47,219 nucleotides of DNA, from NCBI GenBank assembly GCA_964489895.1, contig CAZBAN010000008.1:1-47219 (forward strand), in the 5' to 3' direction. Position numbers and translations under genes: made by a program. A model generated the notes under the pieces. It did not search any database and had not been told where the DNA came from. It was given only the letters and a program-made list of their open reading frames with translations. Source of the DNA: an uncultured Dehalococcoidales bacterium (GTDB lineage Bacteria; Chloroflexota; Dehalococcoidia; Dehalococcoidales; UBA2162). Positions 27,227-35,799 of the stretch are shown piece by piece. The stretch's first letter is position 1. Each line of letters starts with the position of its first letter.

Positions 27227-27724
27227 TTGAAAACACCGGTCGAAGCGTATCTGGATATCGAGACGACAGGTCTTTCTCCCTGGGAAAGCTACATCACGGT
27301 AATAGGGTTTTATATCTGTTCGGGGACTCGCTCAGAGTCACGCCAGCTGGTGGGAATGGACATTACCAGGGTGGACGTACTGAACACACTCGACGGCGTG
27401 GATACCATATACACCTACAATGGAAGCCGGTTCGACCTTCCGTTCATTCATCATCACCTCGGCATCAATCTTGCCGAAATGTTCGATCACTGTGACCTTA
27501 TGTTCCACTGCTGGAGAAACAACCTTTACGGCGGCTTAAAAGCGGTAGAAAGACAGCTCGGGATTGAAAGAGAGCTCACGGAGGTCAACGGGCACATGGC
27601 TGTCAGCCTCTGGTACAGGTATTTGCACCTGGCAGATACTGAGGCGCTGGACACGCTGCTACGTTACAACATGGAAGATGTCGTTAATATGAAAACACTC
27701 AAGGAGATATTGCTAACTTTATAG
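27227..27724 (+). CDS. RNase H-like (DEDD/YprB-type) exonuclease domain protein
   Basis: The N-terminal YLDIETTGL acidic motif is followed by TYNGSRFDLPFI and a C-terminal YNMEDVVNM (third acidic motif). It has a TTG start with GGAG 9 nt upstream. Confidence 0.75.
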   Translation: MKTPVEAYLDIETTGLSPWESYITVIGFYICSGTRSESRQLVGMDITRVDVLNTLDGVDTIYTYNGSRFDLPFIHHHLGINLAEMFDHCDLMFHCWRNNLYGGLKAVERQLGIERELTEVNGHMAVSLWYRYLHLADTEALDTLLRYNMEDVVNMKTLKEILLTL

Positions 27725-27741
27725 CCGATATATTATGTATC

Positions 27742-27768
27742 TTGACTATATACAAACTCTGGTATAAT
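27742..27768 (+). promoter_or_regulatory. Putative promoter for the DUF4870-like gene
   Basis: TTGACT (27742-27747), 15-nt spacer ending TGg, then TATAAT (27763-27768), i.e. an extended -10. The ORF track uses this TTG as a start codon. Confidence 0.5.
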
Positions 27769-27801
27769 CTGGTTGTCGTTAGAAACAAACAGGAGGTATT
27801 T

Positions 27802-28128
27802 ATGTCCGAGACCAAGACAGGACTTCAAGAAAATGCCGCCGCAATGTTATCATATCTATTTCTCTGGCTCAGCGGCATCGTATTCCTGGTACTGGAGCCG
27901 GAAAACAAATATATCCGGTTCCACGCCATGCAGTCGGTAATAGTATTCGGTGCGATAACAATTATCGAGGCTGTACTCGGTTGGATACCCATCTTCGGCA
28001 TAATAGTATCGGTGATACTATCTATTGGAACGCTCATCCTGTGGGTATTACTTCTGACAAAAGCGACCCAAGGTGAAAAATACAAGCTACCCAAAGTGGG
28101 CGACCTAGCTGAGAAATTCACTAGCTAA
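27802..28128 (+). CDS. Small membrane protein, DUF4870-like
   Basis: AGGAGG (27791-27796) lies 5 nt before the ATG at 27802. LSYLFLWLSGIVFLVLEPENKYIRFHAMQSVIVFG matches the family pattern (loop with conserved HxxQ between TM helices). There are three TM segments. Confidence 0.7.
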   Translation: MSETKTGLQENAAAMLSYLFLWLSGIVFLVLEPENKYIRFHAMQSVIVFGAITIIEAVLGWIPIFGIIVSVILSIGTLILWVLLLTKATQGEKYKLPKVGDLAEKFTS

Positions 28129-28151
28129 GGAATCGTAACAGCCACAATAAA

Positions 28152-28184
28152 GAGGGGACCCGGTTTTGTTATCCGAGTCCCCTT
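28152..28184. terminator. Stem-loop between convergent genes (weak terminator candidate)
   Basis: gaggggac (28152-28159) pairs with gtcccctt (28177-28184), 7 bp plus a G-U pair, with a T-rich 17-nt loop. Confidence 0.3.
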
Positions 28185-28207
28185 CTGTCTCCTTAATGTG
28201 CCGAATT

Positions 28208-29548
28208 TCATTTGTAGACGCCGTATTCGTAGGCTGATTCCATCATCGCCTTCAGGTTCCTGATATCTCCGTATTCGACACTGGCGCCGGCAGCCAGAAT
28301 ATAGCCACCGCCGGGAGCACATGTCTCTATAAGCTGGCGGCATCCGTCCTTTACCTGCTCGGGTGTGCCCGTCATTACAACCGAGGTGGGCAGGTTACCG
28401 GCAATACAGCAGACACCGCTCAATATCTTCTTTGCCTGTTCCATGTCTGTCTGGTCGAAGTACCAGACCACTCCACTTGGCGGCGTGTCGTTAATCTGCT
28501 TCAGGCGCAGGGTATACCTGCCTTCGGCAAACGGCATCGGCACCAGACCCTCGTTAATCATCGCCAAAAAAATGCCTCGAAGGGTAGGCCAGTAGAACGT
28601 CGCAAACTGCTCATCGGACATGAACGTATCGTCGCCCTTGTGCAGAGGCATCATCGCTATCGGACCGTTTGTTAACGGAAAGTCCTTGATTACCGTTTCT
28701 ATTGTCACATTCATATTGCGTTCCATAGCATCCAGGAGTTTCTGCGGCTGGCGGAACATATCCATAGTGATACCCTTGGTACCCCTGAGGGTATCGGCAA
28801 AGTGGTCGAAAGGCGCTCCCGCCATAAGCCCGGCGCCCATAAGAGGAGGATACCCGCGCGAAATAACGATATCCCGGACTTCCGCGTTCGCCTTCCTCCA
28901 CTTCCAGTACTCATCGGTAAGGTCCATCAAAGTCTGGAATGTCTTGCGTATTTCGGGGTTTGCCATAGCGGCAACCCACGACTCGCCCCAAAACGAGCGA
29001 ATCGGCGGCAGATTCCTGAAGGACTCGAAAAGGCCGATAGTACGCGGCAGTATGGTCCTGAGATAGAAATCGGACTCGTCTATCATAATACGGTCATATT
29101 CATCGGCATACATATACTCGCCTTCGACAAACTGGTTCGTTGGCGAGTCCGGCGAGAGGCCGATACCGGGCAGCAAATTTATTCTGGAACGCATCGCTTC
29201 CGATATCTTACCTGACGGTATCAGACCGGGCCCGTTGAAGGTATCCATATCGCCGAAATCATCCATAAATTTTATCCAGCACTTACGCATGGTGTCGTAA
29301 TCGTACATCATGGTGCGGAAATCCGCTCCACCGTAATATGCCGGGTAAACGTGCGCCGGCAGCATAACAGGCACGCGGTCAGGCTCCTCCAGCTTGATTG
29401 CCTTGATGAACCGGGTCACCCTCTGTTTATAAAGCTCCTCGGCTTCATCATTGATGAATTTCACCCCTTCCGGGTTCAACCACCTCTGGAACCGTACTTC
29501 ACGCTTTTGCTCCCAGGACAGTTCATTCCAGTTCTCCGGTTTATCCAT
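28208..29548 (-). CDS. Uroporphyrinogen decarboxylase (URO-D) family protein, long form (possible MtaA/CmuA-like methyltransferase)
   Basis: The 446-aa protein has an N-terminus KPENWNELSWEQKREVRFQRWLNPEGVKF...PDRVPV and a TIM-barrel-like remainder (...MMPLHKGDDTFMS...) typical of the long URO-D family proteins. No corrinoid protein gene is adjacent. Confidence 0.75.
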   Translation of the reverse strand: MDKPENWNELSWEQKREVRFQRWLNPEGVKFINDEAEELYKQRVTRFIKAIKLEEPDRVPVMLPAHVYPAYYGGADFRTMMYDYDTMRKCWIKFMDDFGDMDTFNGPGLIPSGKISEAMRSRINLLPGIGLSPDSPTNQFVEGEYMYADEYDRIMIDESDFYLRTILPRTIGLFESFRNLPPIRSFWGESWVAAMANPEIRKTFQTLMDLTDEYWKWRKANAEVRDIVISRGYPPLMGAGLMAGAPFDHFADTLRGTKGITMDMFRQPQKLLDAMERNMNVTIETVIKDFPLTNGPIAMMPLHKGDDTFMSDEQFATFYWPTLRGIFLAMINEGLVPMPFAEGRYTLRLKQINDTPPSGVVWYFDQTDMEQAKKILSGVCCIAGNLPTSVVMTGTPEQVKDGCRQLIETCAPGGGYILAAGASVEYGDIRNLKAMMESAYEYGVYK

Positions 29549-29703
29549 AAGATATTTTCAAACCTCCAATCTGTATTTTTTCGCAACTCTACCTGCCGTC
29601 AGGCGGACACTCTATAATATTCAATCGATGCATTTTATCAGTCATAATATGGTATTGTAAATAGTATATCTAATGTTACCAGATAAAGCATCAAGTAAAA
29701 GAA

Positions 29704-29712
29704 TGGTATAAT
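29704..29712 (+). promoter_or_regulatory. Extended -10 element upstream of the alpha/beta hydrolase gene
   Basis: TGGTATAAT is at 29704-29712. The RBS AAGGAG is at 29735-29740 and the ATG at 29751. No good -35 was seen. Confidence 0.3.
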
Positions 29713-29750
29713 ATAAACCATCTTAAAATTGGCTAAGGAGTAAAGAATAT

Positions 29751-30572
29751 ATGCTTGAATATACAGAGGGCAATGTGAAGATAAACGGTATCAATATCCA
29801 TTATTACCGTACAGGCGGTGATAAACCTGCATTTCTACTACTTCATGGAGCAAGTGATAACGGGCTATGCTGGACTCCGGTGGCTGAAGTACTGGCAGGA
29901 CGATACGATGTAATCATGCCCGATGCCCAGGGACACGGTCATTCCGACAGAATAGACCCTGGTTTCTCTTTTATAAATCATGCTCATCAGATAGCCGGGC
30001 TTATCAGGGAACTCAATATAACAAAGCCCATCATAATGGGTCACTCCATGGGCGCCGGTACAACCGTAAATATCGCCGTCAATTACCCTGAGATACCGAA
30101 AGCAATCATTCTCGAAGACCCTGGCTGGCAGGACAGGGAGCCAACGGGTCCCGAAGAGGAAGAGGCAAGAGCCAGGGAGCGGGAAGCTTTTATGAAAACG
30201 TTTGCCGGATACGGCGCACGCACCCGTGAGGAGCTTATGACTGAGTGTAGAGAGAATAATCCTTTATGGTCAGAAGCGGAGATAGTCCTCTGGGCCGAAT
30301 CCAAGCTTCAGTTCGACCTGGCGATATTCTCCTCTATGCAGATAGACCGTCCCCACTATACCGAGCTCGTGCCCAGAATAACCTGCCCGACTCTGCTCAT
30401 TACTTCCGACGGCGGACTGGTAACGCCCGAATCCGCCCGGAAAGCTGCCAGTCTCTGGAAAGCCGAACAACCTCTCCAGTGGGTGGAGATAAAAGGAGCC
30501 GGGCATAACATCCGCCGCGAACAATTCAGTACTTTCTGCGACACACTGAACAATTTCCTCGCCGGTCTATAG
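29751..30572 (+). CDS. Alpha/beta fold hydrolase
   Basis: The oxyanion region is FLLLHGASDNGLCW and the nucleophile elbow is GHSMGAG. The C-terminal GAGHNI supplies the catalytic His. Confidence 0.9.
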   Translation: MLEYTEGNVKINGINIHYYRTGGDKPAFLLLHGASDNGLCWTPVAEVLAGRYDVIMPDAQGHGHSDRIDPGFSFINHAHQIAGLIRELNITKPIIMGHSMGAGTTVNIAVNYPEIPKAIILEDPGWQDREPTGPEEEEARAREREAFMKTFAGYGARTREELMTECRENNPLWSEAEIVLWAESKLQFDLAIFSSMQIDRPHYTELVPRITCPTLLITSDGGLVTPESARKAASLWKAEQPLQWVEIKGAGHNIRREQFSTFCDTLNNFLAGL

Positions 30573-30687
30573 ATGCTTAATTTTTCTTCCTGCCACTGGA
30601 AGAAGCGGTGCTGATACACATCAACGACGCCAGGCTGGACGCAGGACTGGAACCACTGAAAGCATAAATATCACGGCGTACACCTGA

Positions 30688-31095
30688 TTATGTTGAGTTA
30701 CCGGCACTTCTCCTGAACAGTCCTACACCAGCCAGAATGAGACCTAACCCTACAATAATATATATGATTCCGGTGGTCCTCAGGAAACTGGCAAAGCCGA
30801 TGTTTGACCTGGTTAATCCCAGTGATGTCCTCTGAATTGTCAGGTAATTATACATGGCACTCGGTGCCGCCGTCCCGGCCTGTATTCCGGGTTCCTCAGC
30901 CGCCCTCATCTGCTGCTGGCTGGTACTTACAGCATCGTATTTTGCGTCTACCTCTGATAACGCCAGCGGCGTTATGCTATCAGCGATTTCCTTTTCTGCT
31001 GAGCTTGCTTGCGGAATAAATATAATACCGAATATGAGGGCTACCACCCCTGTAACCATGACAAGGATTGCACTCCATCGTGTGAAACTTTTCAT
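30688..31095 (-). CDS. Hypothetical membrane protein (N-terminal and C-terminal TM helices, extracytoplasmic middle)
   Basis: GGGAGGTGA lies 7 nt upstream of the ATG. The TM helices are AILVMVTGVVALIFGIIFI and TGIIYIIVGLGLILAGVGLF. Confidence 0.6.
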   Translation of the reverse strand: MKSFTRWSAILVMVTGVVALIFGIIFIPQASSAEKEIADSITPLALSEVDAKYDAVSTSQQQMRAAEEPGIQAGTAAPSAMYNYLTIQRTSLGLTRSNIGFASFLRTTGIIYIIVGLGLILAGVGLFRRSAGNST

Positions 31096-31130
31096 CTCAT
31101 TTCACCTCCCTTTATTTATGGAGCTATGAA

Positions 31131-31170
31131 TATACCTAGAATTTTTATATACCTCGTAATTCTAGGTATA
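31131..31170. promoter_or_regulatory. 13-bp perfect inverted repeat (operator-like) in the promoter region of the 30688-31095 gene
   Basis: tatacctagaatt (31131-31143) and aattctaggtata (31158-31170) are exact reverse complements separated by 14 nt. The repeat lies 36-75 nt upstream of the minus-strand ATG at 31095. Confidence 0.4.
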
Positions 31171-31258
31171 ATAAAGCATAAGTAATGATGTGTCAAGTCG
31201 AGATTGATAATTCTGAAGGCGGGCTTGTATCACTACGTGGGGCTTGCGGGGTAAAAAC

Positions 31259-31333
31259 TGGCTCCCCGGGCTGGACTCGAACCAACAACATGGCGGTTAA
31301 CAGCCGCCCGCTCTACCATTGAGCTACCGGGGA
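31259..31333 (-). tRNA. tRNA-Asn (anticodon GUU), CCA encoded
   Basis: The reverse complement folds as a cloverleaf. Acceptor tccccgg/ccgggga; D arm gctc-aatggta-gagc; anticodon arm ggcgg-cuGUUaa-ccgcc; variable atgtt; T arm gttgg-ttcgagt-ccagc; discriminator g; CCA. Confidence 0.9.
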
Positions 31334-31401
31334 GCGTTTACTGAACTTGCGGATGGTTTATACCGTCAATTATTATCGCTTGTATAGAGGCTTAAGTCAA
31401 G

Positions 31402-31430
31402 CTGGGCAGTCCCTTCACGGGGCTGCCCAG
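31402..31430 (-). terminator. GC-rich stem-loop downstream of the Fe-S oxidase subunit gene
   Basis: ctgggcagtccc (31402-31413) pairs with ggggctgcccag (31419-31430), 11 bp plus one G-U, with a 5-nt loop. There is no clear U-tract, so the terminator function is tentative. Confidence 0.4.
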
Positions 31431-31468
31431 TATAAGCTTCCGAATCTAATATATTTGAGTACTACCAC

Positions 31469-32647
31469 CTAGAGTGCCATATGGGCAATCTCGGCGATAT
31501 CGTAAATTTTAATATCCACGCCGTATTCTTCCACGGCGTCTTTGAAATTCCTCTCGCACCAGGGACAGCTTGTAACCAGAGCCTCAGCCCCGGTAGCTTT
31601 CGCCTCTTCCAGCCTCTCGTTAGCCGTCCACAGAGACAACTCAGGATTCGCCTGACTGACACCGGCACCGGCGCCGCAGCACCAGGCATTCTCCCTGATA
31701 CGCTCCATCTCCACCAGCTCGATACCCGGTATGCCTTTCAGCAGCTCCCTGGGAACGTCATAAAGACCGTTCTCGCCCATGTGACGCCCCAGGTGGCACG
31801 GGTCGTGATAGGTTATTTTCATCGGTACCTTTTTGGTCAGTTTCAAACTTCCCGCATCCACAAGCTGCTTGAGATACTCAGAGAAGTGGAGTGTCTCGAA
31901 TTTCATCCCGGTACCGACCTTCGGGTACAGGTTTTTCATTGTGGCATAACCATCAGAACAGGATGTTACCACTTTACTCACGCCTATGGCGTTAAAAGTG
32001 TCCATGCAGTGCTGGGCATACTTTGTAAATTCACCGGTATAACCTATCTCATAAGACCTGCCTCCGCAGCAGGACTCCTCAACGCCCATAATTCCTACAT
32101 CCACTCCGGCAGCTTTCATCAAAGCCAGGGCACTCCTGGATACCTCCCACAACTCGGAATCAAAAGACAGTATACATCCGGCATGGTACAGGACGTCCGC
32201 TTTCTCCTGTCCGGCGTTCTTAACATCGAGGTCTTTCGCCCAGTCTCCGCGCTTCGACTTCGGTTCTCCGAATACGTTGTCCTCTCCCCTCAGACCGTAA
32301 TACATCGCCATATATTCCGGCTTAAGATAACCCTGAGTGACCGCCTCTTCGCGGACAGCCTGAATAATCTCAAAAATATGATTGTGATGATAGACCTGGC
32401 ACTGTTGCTCACAGGAAAGGCAGCCGGTGCAGGCATATATTCTCTCTCTTATATCATCATCTTCCAGCGATAGTATGCCTTCGTTAACAGCCCTGGCTAT
32501 AGCCATTTGCCCTGAAGGGAAAAATGACTCGAACTGGTATTTTTCTCCGGCAGGGCAGGAAGGTACGAATATTCTTAATACATCCTTACAGGTACCGCAT
32601 CTCGAGCATCCATAGAGCCACTGCTTAACGTCTTCCAGGCTCATCAA
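31469..32647 (-). CDS. (Fe-S)-binding oxidoreductase subunit with two CCG domains (GlcF / heterodisulfide-reductase-like)
   Basis: There are two 4Fe-4S ferredoxin motifs (CSRCGTCKD...CP and CTGCLSCEQQC) and two cysteine-rich CCG motifs (CCGG, CCGAG). Confidence 0.85.
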   Translation of the reverse strand: MMSLEDVKQWLYGCSRCGTCKDVLRIFVPSCPAGEKYQFESFFPSGQMAIARAVNEGILSLEDDDIRERIYACTGCLSCEQQCQVYHHNHIFEIIQAVREEAVTQGYLKPEYMAMYYGLRGEDNVFGEPKSKRGDWAKDLDVKNAGQEKADVLYHAGCILSFDSELWEVSRSALALMKAAGVDVGIMGVEESCCGGRSYEIGYTGEFTKYAQHCMDTFNAIGVSKVVTSCSDGYATMKNLYPKVGTGMKFETLHFSEYLKQLVDAGSLKLTKKVPMKITYHDPCHLGRHMGENGLYDVPRELLKGIPGIELVEMERIRENAWCCGAGAGVSQANPELSLWTANERLEEAKATGAEALVTSCPWCERNFKDAVEEYGVDIKIYDIAEIAHMAL

Positions 32648-32679
32648 ACCCTCCTTATTTCAACTATGATATCTTATTA

Positions 32680-34122
32680 TTATGCAGGCGCGCCCCACCT
32701 GCCGGGATTGAGTATATTATTAGGATCCATAAGCTTCTTCAGTTTTCTATGCAGACCAACCAGCTCTGGACCGGCAAGTTCTTCAAGTCTTCTTACTGCC
32801 CATACCGGTGTCTTATAAGGAACAAAGCCCATCTCCAACACCAGGTCGAGTTGTTCATTGGTTGCCTCGATAACTCTGCGAACCGTCTCCGGATCCCCCT
32901 TATCGTAAGGTATCATCCACCTGAGACCAATGAAGTGGCCTTCATTCATGACACGTGCATAAGCACCGCGGCAAAGCTCGTATTTATCTTCTATAAGGCA
33001 GCCTTTCTCGCATGTCTCAGCCCATTTGCTTATCGGCCCGTAACATCCAACCCACATCAATCCGCCACCGGAACTGAGTACCCCAAGTGCCTGCATAGGG
33101 AAACCTGCCCTCATGCTGGGATGAGGTTCGGGAATATTTATTTTCAGGTCTGAAAGGTCTTCCTTGACCACCTTGTTTATCACGTTTATCTTGGCGTCGA
33201 GTTCTTCCTGCGTATTCCCTGTAACGTCCATCGAAATACCGAACACAGGGTCTTCCGGGTTCCTGGGTGGAGCCGGGTATATCGGGGCTTTTTCTCCGTT
33301 CATTGACAGGAAGGACAGCTTGTTCAGGTCAAAGGAAGTACCGATAATGTCATCTACTACACGTGTTCTAGCAACAGCCTGAAACATTCTTCCTGCGTCC
33401 TGGTGGCTGTAAAACTGGAAGTTCAGCCCGGCTTCAAATTTCGGCTTTGGCCAGAGACTTACCGCCATCTTGGTGATTATTCCGGTAGTTCCCTGCCATC
33501 CGAGGAACAATCCGGCAATTTCAGGCATAGGGACAAGAGCATGCCAGGTATTGCTTACCGAACAGGAGCCGACTTTTACCAGTTCTCCCGTGGCAAGCAG
33601 CACCTCCAGCCCGGTCACCCACGCCGAAGCGGCTCCGTACCTGTATGAAAGGTTATCCAGTCCCTGAAGAAGCGCATTGGTAATAACACCGGTGGAGGGA
33701 GGTGAAAAGGCATAGGTATAAATAAGGTCGGGATGGTTCTTATCCAGGTATCTCTTCATATGACCGAAGGTCACTCCCGGTTCAACCACGGCGTACATAT
33801 CCACGTCGTTAACTTCCAGAATACGATCCATCCTCTTAAGGTCAAGAATTATACCGCCTTCAAGAGGAATAGCCAGTCCGCCTATATTCCCGCCGCCTAC
33901 ATAAGGGTTCAGGGGTATCTTCTCTTCATTTGCCAGTTTTACTATTTCTTTGAGTTCCTCGATATTTTTAGGCAGGACAAGGATATCAGGCATGTGTGGT
34001 TCCGCCGGTGTCAGGTCATATGAGAGAACATACAGGTCAGCCTGATTGGTGGAGACATACTCGGCGCCGACAATTTTTGTCAGCTTCTCAACAACCCCAT
34101 CTTTAACCGCTACTCTTACCAT
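32680..34122 (-). CDS. FAD-binding oxidoreductase (FAD-linked oxidase, GlcD / D-lactate dehydrogenase-like)
   Basis: The N-terminus is an FAD_binding_4-type region (PDILVLPKNIEELKEIVKLANEEKIPLNPYVGGGNIGG...ILDLKRMDRILEVN...AVVEPGV). It lies immediately upstream of the Fe-S subunit. Confidence 0.85.
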   Translation of the reverse strand: MVRVAVKDGVVEKLTKIVGAEYVSTNQADLYVLSYDLTPAEPHMPDILVLPKNIEELKEIVKLANEEKIPLNPYVGGGNIGGLAIPLEGGIILDLKRMDRILEVNDVDMYAVVEPGVTFGHMKRYLDKNHPDLIYTYAFSPPSTGVITNALLQGLDNLSYRYGAASAWVTGLEVLLATGELVKVGSCSVSNTWHALVPMPEIAGLFLGWQGTTGIITKMAVSLWPKPKFEAGLNFQFYSHQDAGRMFQAVARTRVVDDIIGTSFDLNKLSFLSMNGEKAPIYPAPPRNPEDPVFGISMDVTGNTQEELDAKINVINKVVKEDLSDLKINIPEPHPSMRAGFPMQALGVLSSGGGLMWVGCYGPISKWAETCEKGCLIEDKYELCRGAYARVMNEGHFIGLRWMIPYDKGDPETVRRVIEATNEQLDLVLEMGFVPYKTPVWAVRRLEELAGPELVGLHRKLKKLMDPNNILNPGRWGAPA

Positions 34123-34207
34123 TTTCTGTACCTCCTTTAGTACATTAGTGCGTTAAGTATCCCAGATATGCTAACACTATTCCCGCGATGTTTACAACGA
34201 GAAGATA

Positions 34208-34888
34208 TTAATTGACAAAAGTGCCGTCGCTCAACTCCTTGATTTCATCGGCAATTTGAGCCATAGCTACATCGTGGGTAGCAACAACTATTCCAACATT
34301 TTCTTTTGACGCGATTTCCTTAAGCAATCTAAATATAGCCTGACCGGTAGCCAGGTCAAGTTCGCCGGTCGGCTCGTCAGCCAGGATAAGTGAAGGAGAA
34401 TGCACCAGGGCACGAGCGATAGCCAGACGCTGCAGCTCTCCGCCCGACAACTCGTAAGGTCGATGACGGGCACGCCCGCTCAAACCCACCTGCTCGATAC
34501 AGAACTCGGTACGCTGCTGCCTCTCCGACCTATCATACTTGCTGATTCGCAGTGGCAATTCCACATTCTCATAAGCTGACAGCAAAGGTAGCAGACCAAA
34601 AGACTGAAATACAAAGCCAATCTGGTTACGCCGCAGCTCAATCAGTTCACTTTCGGACAGTTTTGACAGGTCCTGCCCCCTGAAATTTACAATCCCCGAT
34701 GTAGGTGTGTCAAGCCCGGCGAGCAGATTGAGGAGGGTGGTCTTTCCCGAACCCGAGCGTCCGGTAATAATCAGCAACCGACCAGGGTGAATCTCCAGGC
34801 TAACATCATGGACAGCGTGTATTTCCTCGGAGCCTATGGTGAATATCCGCCCCAGATTAACAGCCGTGATAAGTGATGTTACCGTCAT
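34208..34888 (-). CDS. ABC transporter ATP-binding protein (MacB/LolD/FtsE-type), ATPase 2
   Basis: Walker [11 protein letters not shown]-loop FVFQSF, signature [15 protein letters not shown] and Walker [13 protein letters not shown] are present. There is an ATGA overlap with ATPase 1. Confidence 0.9.
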   Translation of the reverse strand: MTVTSLITAVNLGRIFTIGSEEIHAVHDVSLEIHPGRLLIITGRSGSGKTTLLNLLAGLDTPTSGIVNFRGQDLSKLSESELIELRRNQIGFVFQSFGLLPLLSAYENVELPLRISKYDRSERQQRTEFCIEQVGLSGRARHRPYELSGGELQRLAIARALVHSPSLILADEPTGELDLATGQAIFRLLKEIASKENVGIVVATHDVAMAQIADEIKELSDGTFVN

Positions 34889-35790
34889 TTACTGTCCCCT
34901 CTCTTGTTTCTCTCTTCAGGCCATACGGTTATATGGTCTTCATCCAGAAGCACCTTTACCCGTCCTTTCAATTCAAGTTTATCGACATATTCACGGGGAA
35001 GCTGGAGTCGACCAGCACTATCCAGAACGATAAATTCTTCATATTTTTCCTGTCCGGCTTCTTCCTCACCTGCTCTCATACCACGGACGGACTCAATGCT
35101 GGTCCTTCCATCACGGATTGTCACCACGCGACCAACCTTGCCCGTGATAGACAGGTCATGGGTTACTATTACAATGGTAACGCCATAAGTCTCATTCAGA
35201 GAATTGAAAACATCGAGAATATTTGCCGCCGAATGGCTGTCCAGCTCACCGGTAGGTTCATCAGCCAGAAGGAGTGGCGGATTATGCGCCAGAGCTACGG
35301 CGATAGCCACCCGCTGCTGTTCTCCACCGGAAAGGCGCTCCGGTCTGTGGTGCATACGCGAAACCAGCCCTACCGCCTCAAGCATCTCCTGGGCACGCTG
35401 GCGGCGTTTCCTGGGAGATACTCCAAGCAGGGTAAGAGGCAGTTCCACATTCTGAAAAGCCGTAAGATAAGGTACCAGATTCCTTCCCGTCTGCTGCCAG
35501 ACAAATCCCACGTCATGCCTTCTATATTTTCCCAGTTCACGAGCAGAAACATTAATAAGGTCTTTGCCACCGACAATTACTTTACCGGCTGTGGGGTTAT
35601 CCAGCCCTCCGAGAATGTTGAGCAAAGTGGTCTTACCGCTGCCGCTGGCGCCAACGATAGCCATCAGTTCACCCTTATCTACCAGGAGGTCAAGACCGCG
35701 CAACGCCACCACCTCAAGGTCGGCTATCTTGTAAATTTTGAACAGGTCTTCGCAGATTATGTAGTGATTGTCTCCTTTATAATTAGCCAT
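34885..35790 (-). CDS. ABC transporter ATP-binding protein (MacB/LolD-type) with about 75-aa C-terminal extension, ATPase 1
   Basis: Walker [10 protein letters not shown], signature [15 protein letters not shown] and Walker [13 protein letters not shown] are present. The extension (aa 226-301) contains [39 protein letters not shown]. Confidence 0.9.
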   Translation of the reverse strand: MANYKGDNHYIICEDLFKIYKIADLEVVALRGLDLLVDKGELMAIVGASGSGKTTLLNILGGLDNPTAGKVIVGGKDLINVSARELGKYRRHDVGFVWQQTGRNLVPYLTAFQNVELPLTLLGVSPRKRRQRAQEMLEAVGLVSRMHHRPERLSGGEQQRVAIAVALAHNPPLLLADEPTGELDSHSAANILDVFNSLNETYGVTIVIVTHDLSITGKVGRVVTIRDGRTSIESVRGMRAGEEEAGQEKYEEFIVLDSAGRLQLPREYVDKLELKGRVKVLLDEDHITVWPEERNKRGDSK

Positions 35791-35799
35791 ATCTACATC

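Noticed and set aside
27198-27230. 10-codon ORF (MRKSLPERII) overlapping the TTG start of the exonuclease gene.
   Set aside because: It begins 1 nt after the putative -10 element, so it is probably not within the transcript. It is too short to evaluate.
31259-31333. tRNA-Asn as an integration hotspot with an island on one side.
   Set aside because: Flanking genes are ordinary (a small membrane protein, an oxidase pair), there is no integrase, and I did not notice a duplicated copy of the tRNA 3' end elsewhere in the window. That was an eye scan only, not an exhaustive search.
31481-32473. 330-aa + strand ORF antisense to the Fe-S subunit gene. Similar long antisense ORFs occur at 34873-35865, 22435-23244, 16884-17546, 18640-19266, 20976-21590, 1154-1762, 36127-36714 and 40969-41307.
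   Set aside because: Each lies entirely inside a confidently identified gene on the opposite strand. Their translations are low-complexity (Arg/Ser/Pro/Gly-rich) with no recognisable motifs or SD sequences. These are typical shadow ORFs.
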